DNA of 64,000 nucleotides, taken from positions 1 through 64,000 of the forward strand of contig MCFE01000298.1 in NCBI GenBank assembly GCA_002104905.1, read 5' to 3'. Positions 1 through 11,600 of this stretch are shown in pieces. Each line of letters starts with the position of its first letter. Within the stretch, counting starts at the first letter, position 1. A program made the position numbers and the translations under genes. The stretch comes from Basidiobolus meristosporus CBS 931.73. Taxonomy: Eukaryota > Fungi > Basidiobolomycota. The notes below the pieces were generated by a model. It saw only the letters and a program-made list of their open reading frames with translations, had not been told where the DNA came from and searched no databases.

Positions 1-325
1 AAGGCCGGACCTATGGAAAACTCATCTCTACACAAACCACATGAAGTCTGAGGGGGACTTGAGCCACTCCAGGATGTCTCTGAGCAGGCATCAGTGAATC
101 TTAATGGCTACCACCTCGTGGGAGTCGAGTAAACAAACATGCTCTGCAATACAATGGGGTAGGCGTCTATTATCCAACATAAAGTAAGTTCTAAACTTTT
201 CAGTGAATTAGAGATGATATCGATCTACCACTGAAGAGTGGCTGCTAAGAATTAGGTTTCATCGAGTTCACTAGTTTTACTTGACGATCAATGAGAACGA
301 TTTATCAGACATGGAGGATTAGGGC

Positions 326-1114
326 TCATGCACTGTTGCGATCAGGGTGGGTGTAGCCACAATGTTCCTCGAAAGCCTTGTATAGTTCCTTGGGCTTCAC
401 CAATGACCGGTAGTATACAACAGGCTCGTGTTGACGCTCCAACTTCATCATTGCCTGATAGAAATCTTGTGCACAAGGAACACACAGGTTCTCCTTCAGT
501 TGGGCGTCTGCCTCACGACTCCCGTATTTGTAGTTCATCCAATGAACGTTCCCATTGATCACAAGGTCTAAGCAGTGGGACTGTGCCTCCCCAAAAAGCA
601 CCTTCTTGCAAGCCACTGCAGCGGTGTTTTTATGAGACCACGAATGAAATACCGTGTCTGCTAGATTTGAAGTGTTTTCTGGGGAGTGACAATGGTCTGA
701 AATGTACTTACTGGCCTCAACCGTAGTCTCGAAGCAATTCTCGGAGCACACAGTATCCAAGGTACTGAAGAACAGTGCTGTGTATTGGTAGCATTCTTGG
801 AGCTTCGGGTACAGTGTCTCGACTTTCTCGATCGCATTTTGGCACTTTTCCGACTTGTCGTTGACGAACCCAACAAATCCCTTGCCATTTTTTGTGGTGG
901 CAGGCGGGCCGCTGGCCATGATTTTCTCAAACTCAGTGAGTGGTCGTGCGTTAGTGCTCTCCTGACTCTCGCTCTGTTGCTGGCTCTCCCCAGAATCAGG
1001 GCCATTAACTTCCGGAGTCCCACCCGAATGCGTTCCAGAACCCTTGTCTTCTGCTATGGCTGCTTGTGTAAGTACCGCGAGAGCAAGGTAGAGGAGCAGA
1101 CTGGGTGACTTCAT
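326..1114 (-). CDS. Secreted cysteine-rich protein, 262 aa, single exon, function unknown
   Basis: Uninterrupted ATG-to-stop ORF. Hydrophobic N-terminal signal peptide (MKSPSLLLYLALAVLTQAAIA), then a Ser/Gln/Glu-rich spacer and a domain with about 11 Cys. It lies in CpG-rich host DNA. Confidence 0.8.
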   Translation of the reverse strand: MKSPSLLLYLALAVLTQAAIAEDKGSGTHSGGTPEVNGPDSGESQQQSESQESTNARPLTEFEKIMASGPPATTKNGKGFVGFVNDKSEKCQNAIEKVETLYPKLQECYQYTALFFSTLDTVCSENCFETTVEASKYISDHCHSPENTSNLADTVFHSWSHKNTAAVACKKVLFGEAQSHCLDLVINGNVHWMNYKYGSREADAQLKENLCVPCAQDFYQAMMKLERQHEPVVYYRSLVKPKELYKAFEEHCGYTHPDRNSA

Positions 1115-1897
1115 TGAAAAGGAGGACTAATCGTGCTAGGCCGACAACCAAAGGCCACGTACACATGACCACGCTTTTATGAGGAACGGAGTGCAGTGGT
1201 TTCTGAAACCCAGGCGTCAGACAAAACGCTCCGTCTTGTCATCTAAACAATTCTGTTACTCCAGATCGGTCACAACCACCGGCACGAGTACGAATCCCTG
1301 CGCCTTCTAGGCAAGCAACTTGCATGGCTGTGAAACCTCGAACAAAGAGACCAAACCTGTTCGGGAGGGGGCTCTCGTTGGACCTAGGGCCCAACCGTAC
1401 ACTACCTTATAAAGAATCAGATCTGATTACCTTCTTGTAAAGCGCTGGATGGATCTGTGTCACGGAGAAAACACCCGTCAAGCCCATATCCAGAAAATCA
1501 TGGAGCACCGTCACTCGCTGCGATTGGTCACTCGCTGGGCTCGCCGACGACCTGCTTGGGCAGCAATGTTTATAGGATCTGCACAAGGGATTTAGCTGGC
1601 TTTTCATTGATGGAAGGCCCATTTACAGCATCGGATCTTCAATTGTGATTGACGCATCGCATGCAGTGGTGATTCAGCGGACTTCTTTTTGGAAACTGGT
1701 TGGTTGGCTTCTACAATGAACTTCTCTTGTTTTGTACACAATTTCGCCTCATTTCGCCGTATTGTACTGTGCTGGAGTAGATCAGGCTGGATTGGCCATT
1801 CAATGGCGGAAGCATATGGCGTTAATATCTGAGGAGGCCATAAATACGGCGTGGCCGCGGGCTTCTCCAGACTGTCCACCTCTCACCACCGCATCCG

Positions 1898-2543
1898 ATG
1901 AAGCTTTTGGCAATCACTTCCCTGGCCGTTGCCCTCACCATTACCCTATCGGAGGCCGGTAAGTTGGAACAGGAGCGCACTGCACGCTATGGTCGTTTGC
2001 TAACATCTCTCCCTACCAGCCGATTGGTCCATCTTGGATCTTCCTGAAGCCTCTCGCGTTGATATCTGCAACCGCCAGACTGCCTACTGTTCTAACAACT
2101 GTGGCGGTCCTAACGAAGCGCCCAAGAACTTCTGTAATACCAAGACCATGGGCTGGGGTTGCGGTTGTAAAACCAAGACTCCGGATTTCAAGCCCTACCT
2201 TTGGCCGATCGTCCTTGAGGAATGCCAAGGCAAAGCCGCCGATTGCAATAAGAAGTGCCCCAACGATAACAACGCCAACCAGTGCTACGCCGCTTGCTCA
2301 ACCAAGTTCCAGTGCGGCACCCCAAACAGCCCCCCTTCGTACCTGGAGGTGAGTGATCAGAATGCCACGCCATTGTACACCGCATCAGCAACCCCGACCG
2401 CCACCGGAACCAACCCTACCAATGGGGCTGGTTCGACTGGCGCTGGCAACCCCTCCACCAAGCCTAATGCCGCCTCCCTCCCTTCGGTCCAAACCGGATC
2501 AGCTGTTCTTGCTTTAGCTGCTGCACTGTATGCTATTCTCTAG
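1898..2543 (+). CDS. GPI-anchored Cys-rich cell-surface protein, join(1898..1958,2020..2543); DUF7707-like by recollection
   Basis: ATG at 1898 gives the signal peptide MKLLAITSLAVALTITLSEAA. A 61-bp phase-1 intron (GTAAGT...GCTAAC...CAG, 1959-2019) splices in frame to the ORF-track 2034..2543 frame. The protein has a Cys-rich domain, a Thr/Ala/Gly/Pro stalk and a hydrophobic C-terminus (GSAVLALAAALYAIL). Confidence 0.88.
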
Positions 2544-4703
2544 AAAGAGATACATCATCGATCCGACCCTACCCGCCCTTAATCCCACACCGCCTTGAAA
2601 CGCAATTCAATAAAATACCCTTAATTACTCGATTTGAATGAACCAACGAATATCCAATTGGATTCCCTGGAAGTGCCCGCCTATACTTGCTCCTATGGAC
2701 CAATGCTTTCGCTAGATGCCAATCACGATTCTTTGGCTACGGTTGGGCCAAGCTGAAAGCCGTCATACCTGGTCAGCCAATCAATGTAACAACAGTGTGT
2801 TCAGTAAACCCTTACTGAACGCAGCCAACACTGCAAAGGTGAATGCCATTTTTCGTATGAAATCCAGACTCTCATCCTGTGGCAGCACCGGATGTCTCCC
2901 AGGAGATGTGTGCCAATCCACTTGGGATTTTGCTCTGAATCCTGGGGCTTACGACCTGTTGGATCAACCGATTCTCATTGTTTTGGTAGAAACCAATACA
3001 TATGGCAGCAATGATGGGCTCCAAAACTGTACGGCCATTCCTGCCTGGGTGGCCTGATGCTTACCTTGGGCCAAAACAGTGCTGTAGAGATGTAGAGGAT
3101 TTCCAAAATTAGCGAAAAGCTCCTGTGTCACGGGTGAGAGCTACTTCTTCGTGGTCCATATTTGGCTTGAGGGGAAGTGGTAAACTGAGGCTCGGGTCCA
3201 GTGAGACTGAATACGGCTTTGCTCCTTGCTGTTGCCCAACTACGCCAGCCTTTGGGTCCCAACATGGCCTCGGGTGTGGAAGAGCCCGTAGGATAGCGAG
3301 ATGCTGAGGTAGCTGCACTCACGGTGGTGGTACTTACTCGCCACAATCTCCATCACAGCTCCCACTGCCAGGTCCACCTAAACAATATCCCAGGAGAGCC
3401 TACATGCGCATGATACGAGCAGCTATTATGTCCAAATGATCATTCGCCCGATAAAGCGACCACGTCCACATCTTGAACACCCGATTCACCAGGCCCCTCG
3501 AGCTTGCCGATGAACCCACCGTTCTGAACATATCTTTGTGTATTCATCAGCAGCCTCACAGAAATTCCATGATTCACAGGTCACATGCTCAGCCCCTATC
3601 AAGCCATAACTATAACACGTCATGAAAATCGCAAGAATAGTGTGCAAGGGTCACGCGTAGATATACCATTGAAAACTTGATAAATAGATCCGGATCTGTG
3701 GAATCATCTGCTCATGCAAATCCAGCTGGATCATCCTGATCCTGAATCAACCGAGAATACGGCCTGCCATGGATGCAAGCTACACACAGGCTAGATGATA
3801 GGCATATATGTTTAGATGGGAGTTAATTATTACCAGCGGCGCTATCTCCACCGCACTACTCTGCAAATGCGGAGCTTTTCCAGCTAGTCCCTCAGACACC
3901 TTGGATGCCAGACATATGCCGTACATGCAGTCATCCCTCGGCCCAAGTAACCGTGTGATTAACACACTGCAAACCGGGTTTGCCAAGACCCTACCACTAA
4001 GCTAATGGCGCTCAATGAAGCCTCCAAACCCTAACTCTACATCGATTCTGTGGATTTCTGCGACACAATGATGGTTGCGGATTTGCTAGATCCTGATGAT
4101 CGATTTGACAACCAACCGCCGCAGCCAGCGATTCCTATTCTACAAACAGTTTGGCCATTCTTGTTTGGGGGAGCAATAGGGTTGGAAGGGAATGATCTGA
4201 CTGCAATGATGAAACCAGATCACTAAGCGGGTTCATCTCTGCATTGATCTCGTACTCGCACAATGCTCATTGCGATGAAGCTAGATCCGTGCTGTTTCAT
4301 GCGTACGATCCGATAGTGTGAGGATTCGTTCATTTGTAAGGGTGTGGTCTTCGCGTATCCCATCCGTCGACCAGTTACGAGAAATCGTATGGAGTGGGTT
4401 GGTGAAGATCATTATGGTTATATTATAGATTAATAGCTGGGCCCCATTGTGTTGGATTCAGGCGGCAGTGAGAAACCAAAGTTATCCGGATCCTGGTGCA
4501 ACGTTGGACACACTTCGCTAGATGTTGCAGGCTGTTTTGACCAAAATTCCCTTGCTTTCACCCCTGTCTTGGAGGGCGTTTTTCGGTCTACGGATGAGTT
4601 ACGTTTTTCTTATCCTGGTCTTACTCCTGGTAAACAGACTGCAGTAGCTCAGTTATTTGAGGGCTTCCGTCTCTACTTACTCTCCAGTCGCTCCCTCTCT
4701 CTT

Positions 4704-5795
4704 ATGTTCTCCATCAAAAACATCATCCATTCAGATACATCCGCAGTTCCCAACCACACAGCCCCCAAATTTCCCTTGGATACCGATTCTATCAGTATCA
4801 ACCACAGTCCCTTAGACAGAGCCACTTTGCTGGATAGAACCCTCACTGCCAAGGTAAATGTCGCCACCACCCCACCACCCCACCACCACCACCAGTTGGC
4901 CTTGACAACCTGCCTTCCCTCGGTACCCACTCTTCTTTTGCAAACGCTGACCAAACCTTCCTTTTCCTTCCGCGCGCAGTACCTTGGAGTGCTGAAAACC
5001 CGCCTTTCCTTTGCCAGATACAAAGTCGAAAACGAATGGGAGGACAAATCTTTCACCGAGATCCTTCGAATCCGTAAGCGAGGGTCCCCGTCGAAAGCGG
5101 AAACGAACCGTCCACCAAGGGAACCACTTACCACCTACCTATCCCCTCGGACCCCGGTCGACTTTGGTCGGAAGCGGGACTTCGTCGAAGGCCCGAATTC
5201 TCCCCGCGCATCCCCGTCGGTGAAAACTCTCGGCCCCGGCGGGTTTGGCGGCGGTCAGGTCGTATATGGTCTACCTGACTCTGACCCTGACCCTGGTTGC
5301 CATCCCGCCAAGCGGCATTGTAGGGGTCTGTTGACCCCGCTGTCGGACCAACCCCGACCGGTACGACCGAAGGATACCTTCGCTGGGCACTTCCCTTCCG
5401 ACCCCAACCATCTCATGGGCTCCACAATATCTGGCCGGATGGTTCCTAGGGAAGTCGCATTTTTCCAGGATTCTTACAAGCCGGTTTCCTTCGCAACCTC
5501 ACCCTCACCCTCACCCTCGCCCTGGCCCATCCCCCAACCTATTCCTAATCCCATCCCAGGTTCCCATTCCTTCTCCCCAGCCTTGGACACCGCAGAAATC
5601 GTCGCCTGTAGCCCTCATTCCTCTGCCCCAGGGACACCCCGTTTGCTACCGTTAGAGCATTCCTCCATAGAACAAGTGTCCACTGGTTCCAAGCCTCGCG
5701 CGCGTGACCTCGGGGGGCAAGGTGTCTACGCCATATCCATCGAAAACGACTCGTGCGAATTTGTGTCGGTGAACGCATACACCGCCACTCTATGA
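4704..5795 (+). CDS. Whi5/Nrm1-family G1/S transcriptional repressor-like protein
   Basis: Long ORF. The first ATG is at 4704; the track start at 4449 is a GTG. It contains LKTRLSFARYKVENEWEDKSFTEI (4992-5063), resembling the Whi5/Nrm1 GTB motif (L+TRL..A.yKv..g..d..l.el). The rest is low-complexity and Pro/Ser-rich with many S/T-P CDK-type sites. Confidence 0.7.
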   Translation: MFSIKNIIHSDTSAVPNHTAPKFPLDTDSISINHSPLDRATLLDRTLTAKVNVATTPPPHHHHQLALTTCLPSVPTLLLQTLTKPSFSFRAQYLGVLKTRLSFARYKVENEWEDKSFTEILRIRKRGSPSKAETNRPPREPLTTYLSPRTPVDFGRKRDFVEGPNSPRASPSVKTLGPGGFGGGQVVYGLPDSDPDPGCHPAKRHCRGLLTPLSDQPRPVRPKDTFAGHFPSDPNHLMGSTISGRMVPREVAFFQDSYKPVSFATSPSPSPSPWPIPQPIPNPIPGSHSFSPALDTAEIVACSPHSSAPGTPRLLPLEHSSIEQVSTGSKPRARDLGGQGVYAISIENDSCEFVSVNAYTATL

Positions 5796-8153
5796 GCATC
5801 CATAGTCCTCACCCACCCTCCCATATCCGCCCAAAACCCCAGTCTTCTCCCACACCCGCCCACATAGCATGATCATCCCCTCCAACCGCGCCTCCCCAAA
5901 CACTTCACTCCTCGGTAGGCAGCGGAGTGCCGTCCACCTTGACCTCTCTGTATCACCCTTCCCCTCTCCTCCTCCTCCCCACCTCAGGTCACCGATAGAA
6001 CCGAGTCAACATCTCTTGATAATCAAGTAAATTCTTACCTGAAAACTGACATGTACAGGTTGATATATATATATATGACGGGGATGCCTGGTCGTTAACC
6101 TCGGTCCCAGTCCAGGGCCCGGCTCCAGTCGACCTGCCGCACATCTCTCGAGCGCCACATCCGTCCCCGGCTCCTCAACAGCTCCGGCCAGGACAACGCT
6201 ATCCTAGGGACAAATCCCTTATTCACAATGGACAACGGTGAACGGTCGGATCAACACGTCTGAAATCGCCTCGATCTAGGTGCTCTTAAAGGGTCGGGAA
6301 TGGGGGCGGCGAACCATCGTTCGGTAGCTCTTTTCCATGGCCGGCATTAGGGCCGATGTGGTTGGAGGTAAGGGGAACGGCTCCGCAAGGGATGTACGAA
6401 TGACCGGGGAGGGATTCTGTGCAGTGGGGGAAGGGGAGGAGGAGGAGGAGGAGGAGAACGAGAAGTGAGGTGGAGGGAAGAGATTGGCGAAGGGAGGTGT
6501 GAGTCAACCGCGCCCACTCCCTAACCGTTTTACCGGTTCATGCCTGATGATTTCCAGTCAACCGGCTGGCCGGCGACCGGATCTGGTAGATTTGGACATT
6601 TGGACATGGTGGGAATCCGCTTCTTCTCCCCATTGGCGGGGACCCGACCATCAACCTCGCCCTAGCCAATGGTCTTGGGCGGTTGGTTGGTGTTCCCCTA
6701 TTGGGAAGTATGGGCGAACGATTCCCCTCCCTACTCGAGGTGGATCGCGATACCATGGCAGATCCGTGGTTGTTATGGTTACATGGGATGATTAGTGCTG
6801 GTTGGTGGGGGAGGTGGTGGTCAGCATTTGGGGGAGGGCCACGGCTGAGCTGGCAGAGAGAGAAAAAGTGCGGATGGGTGAGTGAGTGAAAGTGGGTATT
6901 CTGCAGGCTGGATACCCATAGCCTGTGGCAGGCCAGGCCGACACTGGGGAATCCCTGGGATTCCAGCGGATCCCATACCGACGAATACCCGGCCTACTCC
7001 CCTTCCCACATCAGGAATGCAGTGATCGAAGGGTCGACCTCACGGTTACTCTGGGCCCCTCCCAGCCCACCCGTACAAATGCTTGGTCAGCCGAGGTCAC
7101 CGCCCCCTCCTTTAGAGGGTCACCCACCCCCTTTGCCTTTCCAGAAAGGTCGAGATTCATTGTGTGTTACTGATGGATCCCATCCCATTCATTCCAAGTT
7201 GGGAGATGGTTCTACCCTACCTAAGTCCCGGTGATATCATCGCACTTGGTGAGCTGGAGGCCGTTCCTTCCATCAGGATTCTACCCAGTCCCGTGCAATC
7301 CGGGAGGTAGGTGTTTTCATGGACGGGGATCCGGAGAGGGAGCCGGTTAAGATGATCCCATACCATTCGGGCGGTAGGATTCCTCTCGAATCGAACATCC
7401 ATGTTTCGTGGAGAGTCTAGCTGACCTTCCGTTTCCGTTTCCGCCTCCGCCTTCTCTTCGCTTCCCATACCCTCCCTTCCATTTCCTTCCTGTACCACCT
7501 CACCAGTGTCACCGTAAGGCTACTCAGGTGGCTTGATGGTGTCCGCTCGTCCGCTCTTCCACAAATCCTACTCACCCATATGATAGCTCGAGTCCCCACG
7601 TGGAGGTGCTTGACCTGGACGATTCCGCCCCCCCATCACCTCAGTTGTCTAGGCGGTGTACCTCACCAATAGATTGTCCGGATTAGGTAATCTGCAAGTA
7701 GCTCTCGTCCCATTCGTCCATTCGAGTGAGATCCTTTGCTCATCGAAGTCAAGCCAGGTCTTCTCGACGGAGAGACCGGTGTGGATCGGTCTCCTTGCTC
7801 TCACCCCTCTCCCCACTGCCTAGAACATGCGTATGTCCTGTTCGTTTGTTCGGTAGTGCCAAGGAGGATACCAACCTCGCCGCCATCTCCTACCTATCCT
7901 TTGATGTACCCGCTCTCTATCCCTTTCCTTTCCTCATAACATGACCTCGTTTTTGGTTGGCTTGACTATCTTCAAGGTGGCTTGGGTCAATAACCTCCAT
8001 TGGATGGTGTATCGGGAAGGTAGAAGCTAAGCCTGTGGATCCATGATGAAGGCTATCAGATGGGGAGGGGTCGCTGGTATACAGATGGCCCCTGGACCTC
8101 GAAGTTTGTCTGCCCTTACCGTCCATATCTAAAAGATACCTGACATCAGTAGT

Positions 8154-8430
8154 CCCTATGAAAAGTATCGAACTCGGATTTCATATATATATATATCTGT
8201 CAGTATTTTTTGTCAGAATTTCTAGTGTATATATCTCTGGAGTCAACAAGCTGGCTGTTGCCATATTTTGCAAGAGGATTGCGCAGGCACAACACTTTCT
8301 AGGATGTAAGTCTATTTGTTGTCAAGAAGGCCTGAACCTCTGATGCTGAGAATTGAAACTCCAAGGCAAGTGCTGCTGCTGGTACTATGCTGGCATTGTG
8401 CTGGTCATTGGCACATGCTTTTTCATAGGC
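8154..8430. mobile_element. Short non-autonomous (MITE-like) relative of the CCCTATG-terminus DNA transposon
   Basis: Starts CCCTATGAAAA and ends TTTTTCATAGGC (one mismatch to the inverted terminus). It carries GCTGGTACTATG, the reverse complement of the CATAGTACCAGC subterminal motif at about 37798. No convincing TSD. Confidence 0.45.
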
Positions 8431-8679
8431 GCTGTAACAACTAAGAGATATCTGGTGGTATTTAGCAGTTGATAGGTGACTTCTTTTCATATAGGAATGC
8501 AAATGACAAGAAATGGATTCTTGGTGGTGAGGTTACCTCTTTACTCAAAGTGAATGCTACAACAGGGATCAGAAGCAAGGTTAAGCCCTTTCTAGATGAA
8601 GGTGCTTGACTCCAGCATCTCCTAGAACTCCCTGTTCCTGCTTGAGCCAGCAGTGCTAACCATCAGTAGCCTTAACTCA

Positions 8680-11600
8680 CCCTATGAGAAATAATTTGTT
8701 CCCACAGGTGGATCTGATCCAGATTAGCTATCAGGATCTCATAATGAGGCTGTCATAATGCCAGCAGCTTAGAATTCTTGACCCTTCTCAAAATATTATG
8801 GCAGGATTGTGGCAGTTTTTTGTGGTCTTTACTTCAAAATATAGTAATAAGTTTGCAAGTGTATTGACAGTTCTTTTGTGGGATTTGCATGGTATAGAAA
8901 TGGTCCTAGTATGGTCTACATTTCTTTGATCAGACCTAACTAGCAAATATGGGTAGTTGCCTTATGTAGTAAGAAAGTTGCCTGTAATTTGGTGGCTGTT
9001 ATGCAAATCTTGGCTGGCAGTATCACAGTGGTTTATCAGCCTATGGCTAGTCCTGGATAATGCTACCATACCAATTTACCACAAATATCTCATTTTTCCA
9101 CCTCCCCTTATGCTACACATAAGTTCCACTGAGGAATTACACCTCTTTATTTGACTTGCTCCATTGGATTGTGCCAGGGCATGCAGTGCAGTCCACCATA
9201 GTGACAAACAATTGGGCTTGAAGTTGCAGCTACCTGTGGGCAAGATTGTTGCTGAACAATTTTGCACTATGTGACACAATCTCAAACATTATGGCACCAT
9301 CTTACACAATGAGGTTGGCAAAGATAATTGCACCAATCAGTAATCCTTATGCCACATGATCAATTGGATACCATAATCATGGTATGTAGTATCTACAATT
9401 TGCTTTTGTTTCTTTGATATATAAGAAATGAGTTTGTTACCCACAATAACTGCACTGATATTTCCAATTTTGATTGGTATTATTTGGACATGATGGAATC
9501 ACACTGGTTGATTGGTTGAAAGTTATCCTAATGTGCTCAGATCCTAATTGGCTCAAGAGCCAATGAATTAGCTACTTAATTTGCCTACAACCTTGTATGT
9601 GTAAATTCCATACTGAATGGTGTAGAAGTTGGCTTGCAACCACAAGAAATCCGGCATATCTTAGTGGAGTTTTCCTGATAAAAATTAGCTGCTTGTTGCA
9701 CCCAACCCAACTTTGCATTACTCAACTGATTACCCACACATTGGGGCTGCTTAGCTTCTTAATGCCATAGGCATAGGTGTCTCCATGTGCACATTTGTCC
9801 TCAGTATTTTCCAACTCTTTCTGGCTGTCCTCCATGTGCCAACTCATCACATCCATGACAGACTTGAAGGTAATATTCTTGATGAGATCAGGATATGGTA
9901 GTACCTGCAACTTGACTTTACTTCCCATCTCCCCACACATCCGCTCCATAGGAAACTCCCAAAAGGTGAAGCAAGGCCCAACATTCTCCACACACTGTGC
10001 AAGATGGAGTAGAGAATGGATACAGTAGCAGCAGTGATCTACACATTCAGCTTTATGTTTGTAGTATAGCTGCTCAAATCCCATCACAAACTCCTCATAC
10101 AATAGCTGTAGATGCCTCAAGTTGGCATTGGTGATCCACTTCTGGATAGATATTCCTACAATGTCCACATATGACTCCCAATGCTTCCAATGTACTCTTG
10201 GTAGGAATGGCTTCAGAACACCACTTGAATAAATACATATCCAGTTCATCCAGTCTTTGCATTTGTATTGTTGCATATGCATATGAATATTAATTGGAGC
10301 CCGTGAGAAGTACTTAGGGTAGTGGATACTCTGTAATATCTTGCCAATTTTTTCAAATTTCTCCGGTATCTTGAAGGGCTCATTTAGCTTGAAATTCCCC
10401 ATGTACAACTTGATCATCAGTATAGGGATATTGTTGAAAAGTAAATGCATTGCTCCCAGTGGAAAGCTTTTGCTCAAACAGATACCCTCTATCTTAAGTA
10501 TCTCTGGTTTCCAATTGATTCCATATTCTGGCTGATGGCTTATAGCTTGCCAACTTTGCTGCAATTGCATGCTTACTTCTGTACGTTCTCTCTGTGGAAA
10601 GATGATGTTCTTAGTGCTGGTATTTGGGTAATAACAATATGTGTGAGTTATGGAGTAAATCCCCTGTATCTCACACATTCAACAGCAATACCATCCATTG
10701 TGCCCGGAAAAACCTGCTATCTTGCCAATTGCTGGGGTATCTCCAATGCAGATAATATATGCGCTTTTACATGACAACAATGTACCATTATCCCGCTGGA
10801 AAGCATACAAAATTCATTCAGCAATGGATACAGGTAGCTATCCAGGTTGGATGGTGATTTAGGCCTAGATACCAGTGAAACTACCATCAGATTATTGCTC
10901 TGATACTGTAAGATGGTTGGCAGATTTGGATTGAAGAGAATCAGTGGCCAGCAGGATTTGCTGGTAGAGTACTTGTTTAATGAGAATCCATCAAGTGCTA
11001 AAGCAAAGGTATGGTCATACATACTTTCAAAGTAGCCCTTGCTTCTTTGCTGTTTGTAATGTTTGCCATCAAGTATATGGGATATGTTTGCACTTGATTG
11101 ATACTGAGTGCGGTACTGTATAGCTTTGCAATATTTGTTGGACTGCATCAGCTTCCTCAGATGGGGTATGACTGGAATATATCTGGAGTGCAAGCAATGT
11201 TTTCCCTCAATGGTGGTGAATTCCTGACAAATTGGACATGTTGCAATGGTAGCATTTTTGGATGTGAATGCCATGCAACTGTTAACACATGCTGGAATCA
11301 GGACAGTCTCTGGATCATATGTTGCCAGCCACATGACAGTTGTTCATTTGTACCATGTACATGGTAAGTTGCATCCTGGTATGATTTTGGCAAGAAGTAG
11401 TGATAAATCCTCAAAGCCCCCATTACTGATATTAGTGGAAACATGCCACTTCTCTAGTCACAACATTACATCATTTACCAGTAGATGGATTACTGGGCTC
11501 ACTTGGCTCCATAAAGTATCCTTGGCATTTGTTTCAATGGGTGTTGTCTCATTGCATATAGGGATTTGACCAGGCTCATATGTAGTACTGTTGTTAGGGG

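Noticed and set aside
2700-3400. Minus-strand fragments resembling a P-loop (LGGPGSG), MscL (VDLAVG) or class-I GATase (IAAICIGFYQ), with splice-like signals
   Set aside because: The motifs fall in different frames amid stops and I could not build a coherent spliced model. A decayed gene is possible but unsupported.
4449-4703. N-terminal extension of the 448-aa ORF in the track
   Set aside because: It starts at GTG and reads like pyrimidine-rich UTR. The first ATG is at 4704.
7217-7498. 93-aa minus-strand ORF
   Set aside because: No recognisable domain, starts at GTG, and overlaps simple repeats.
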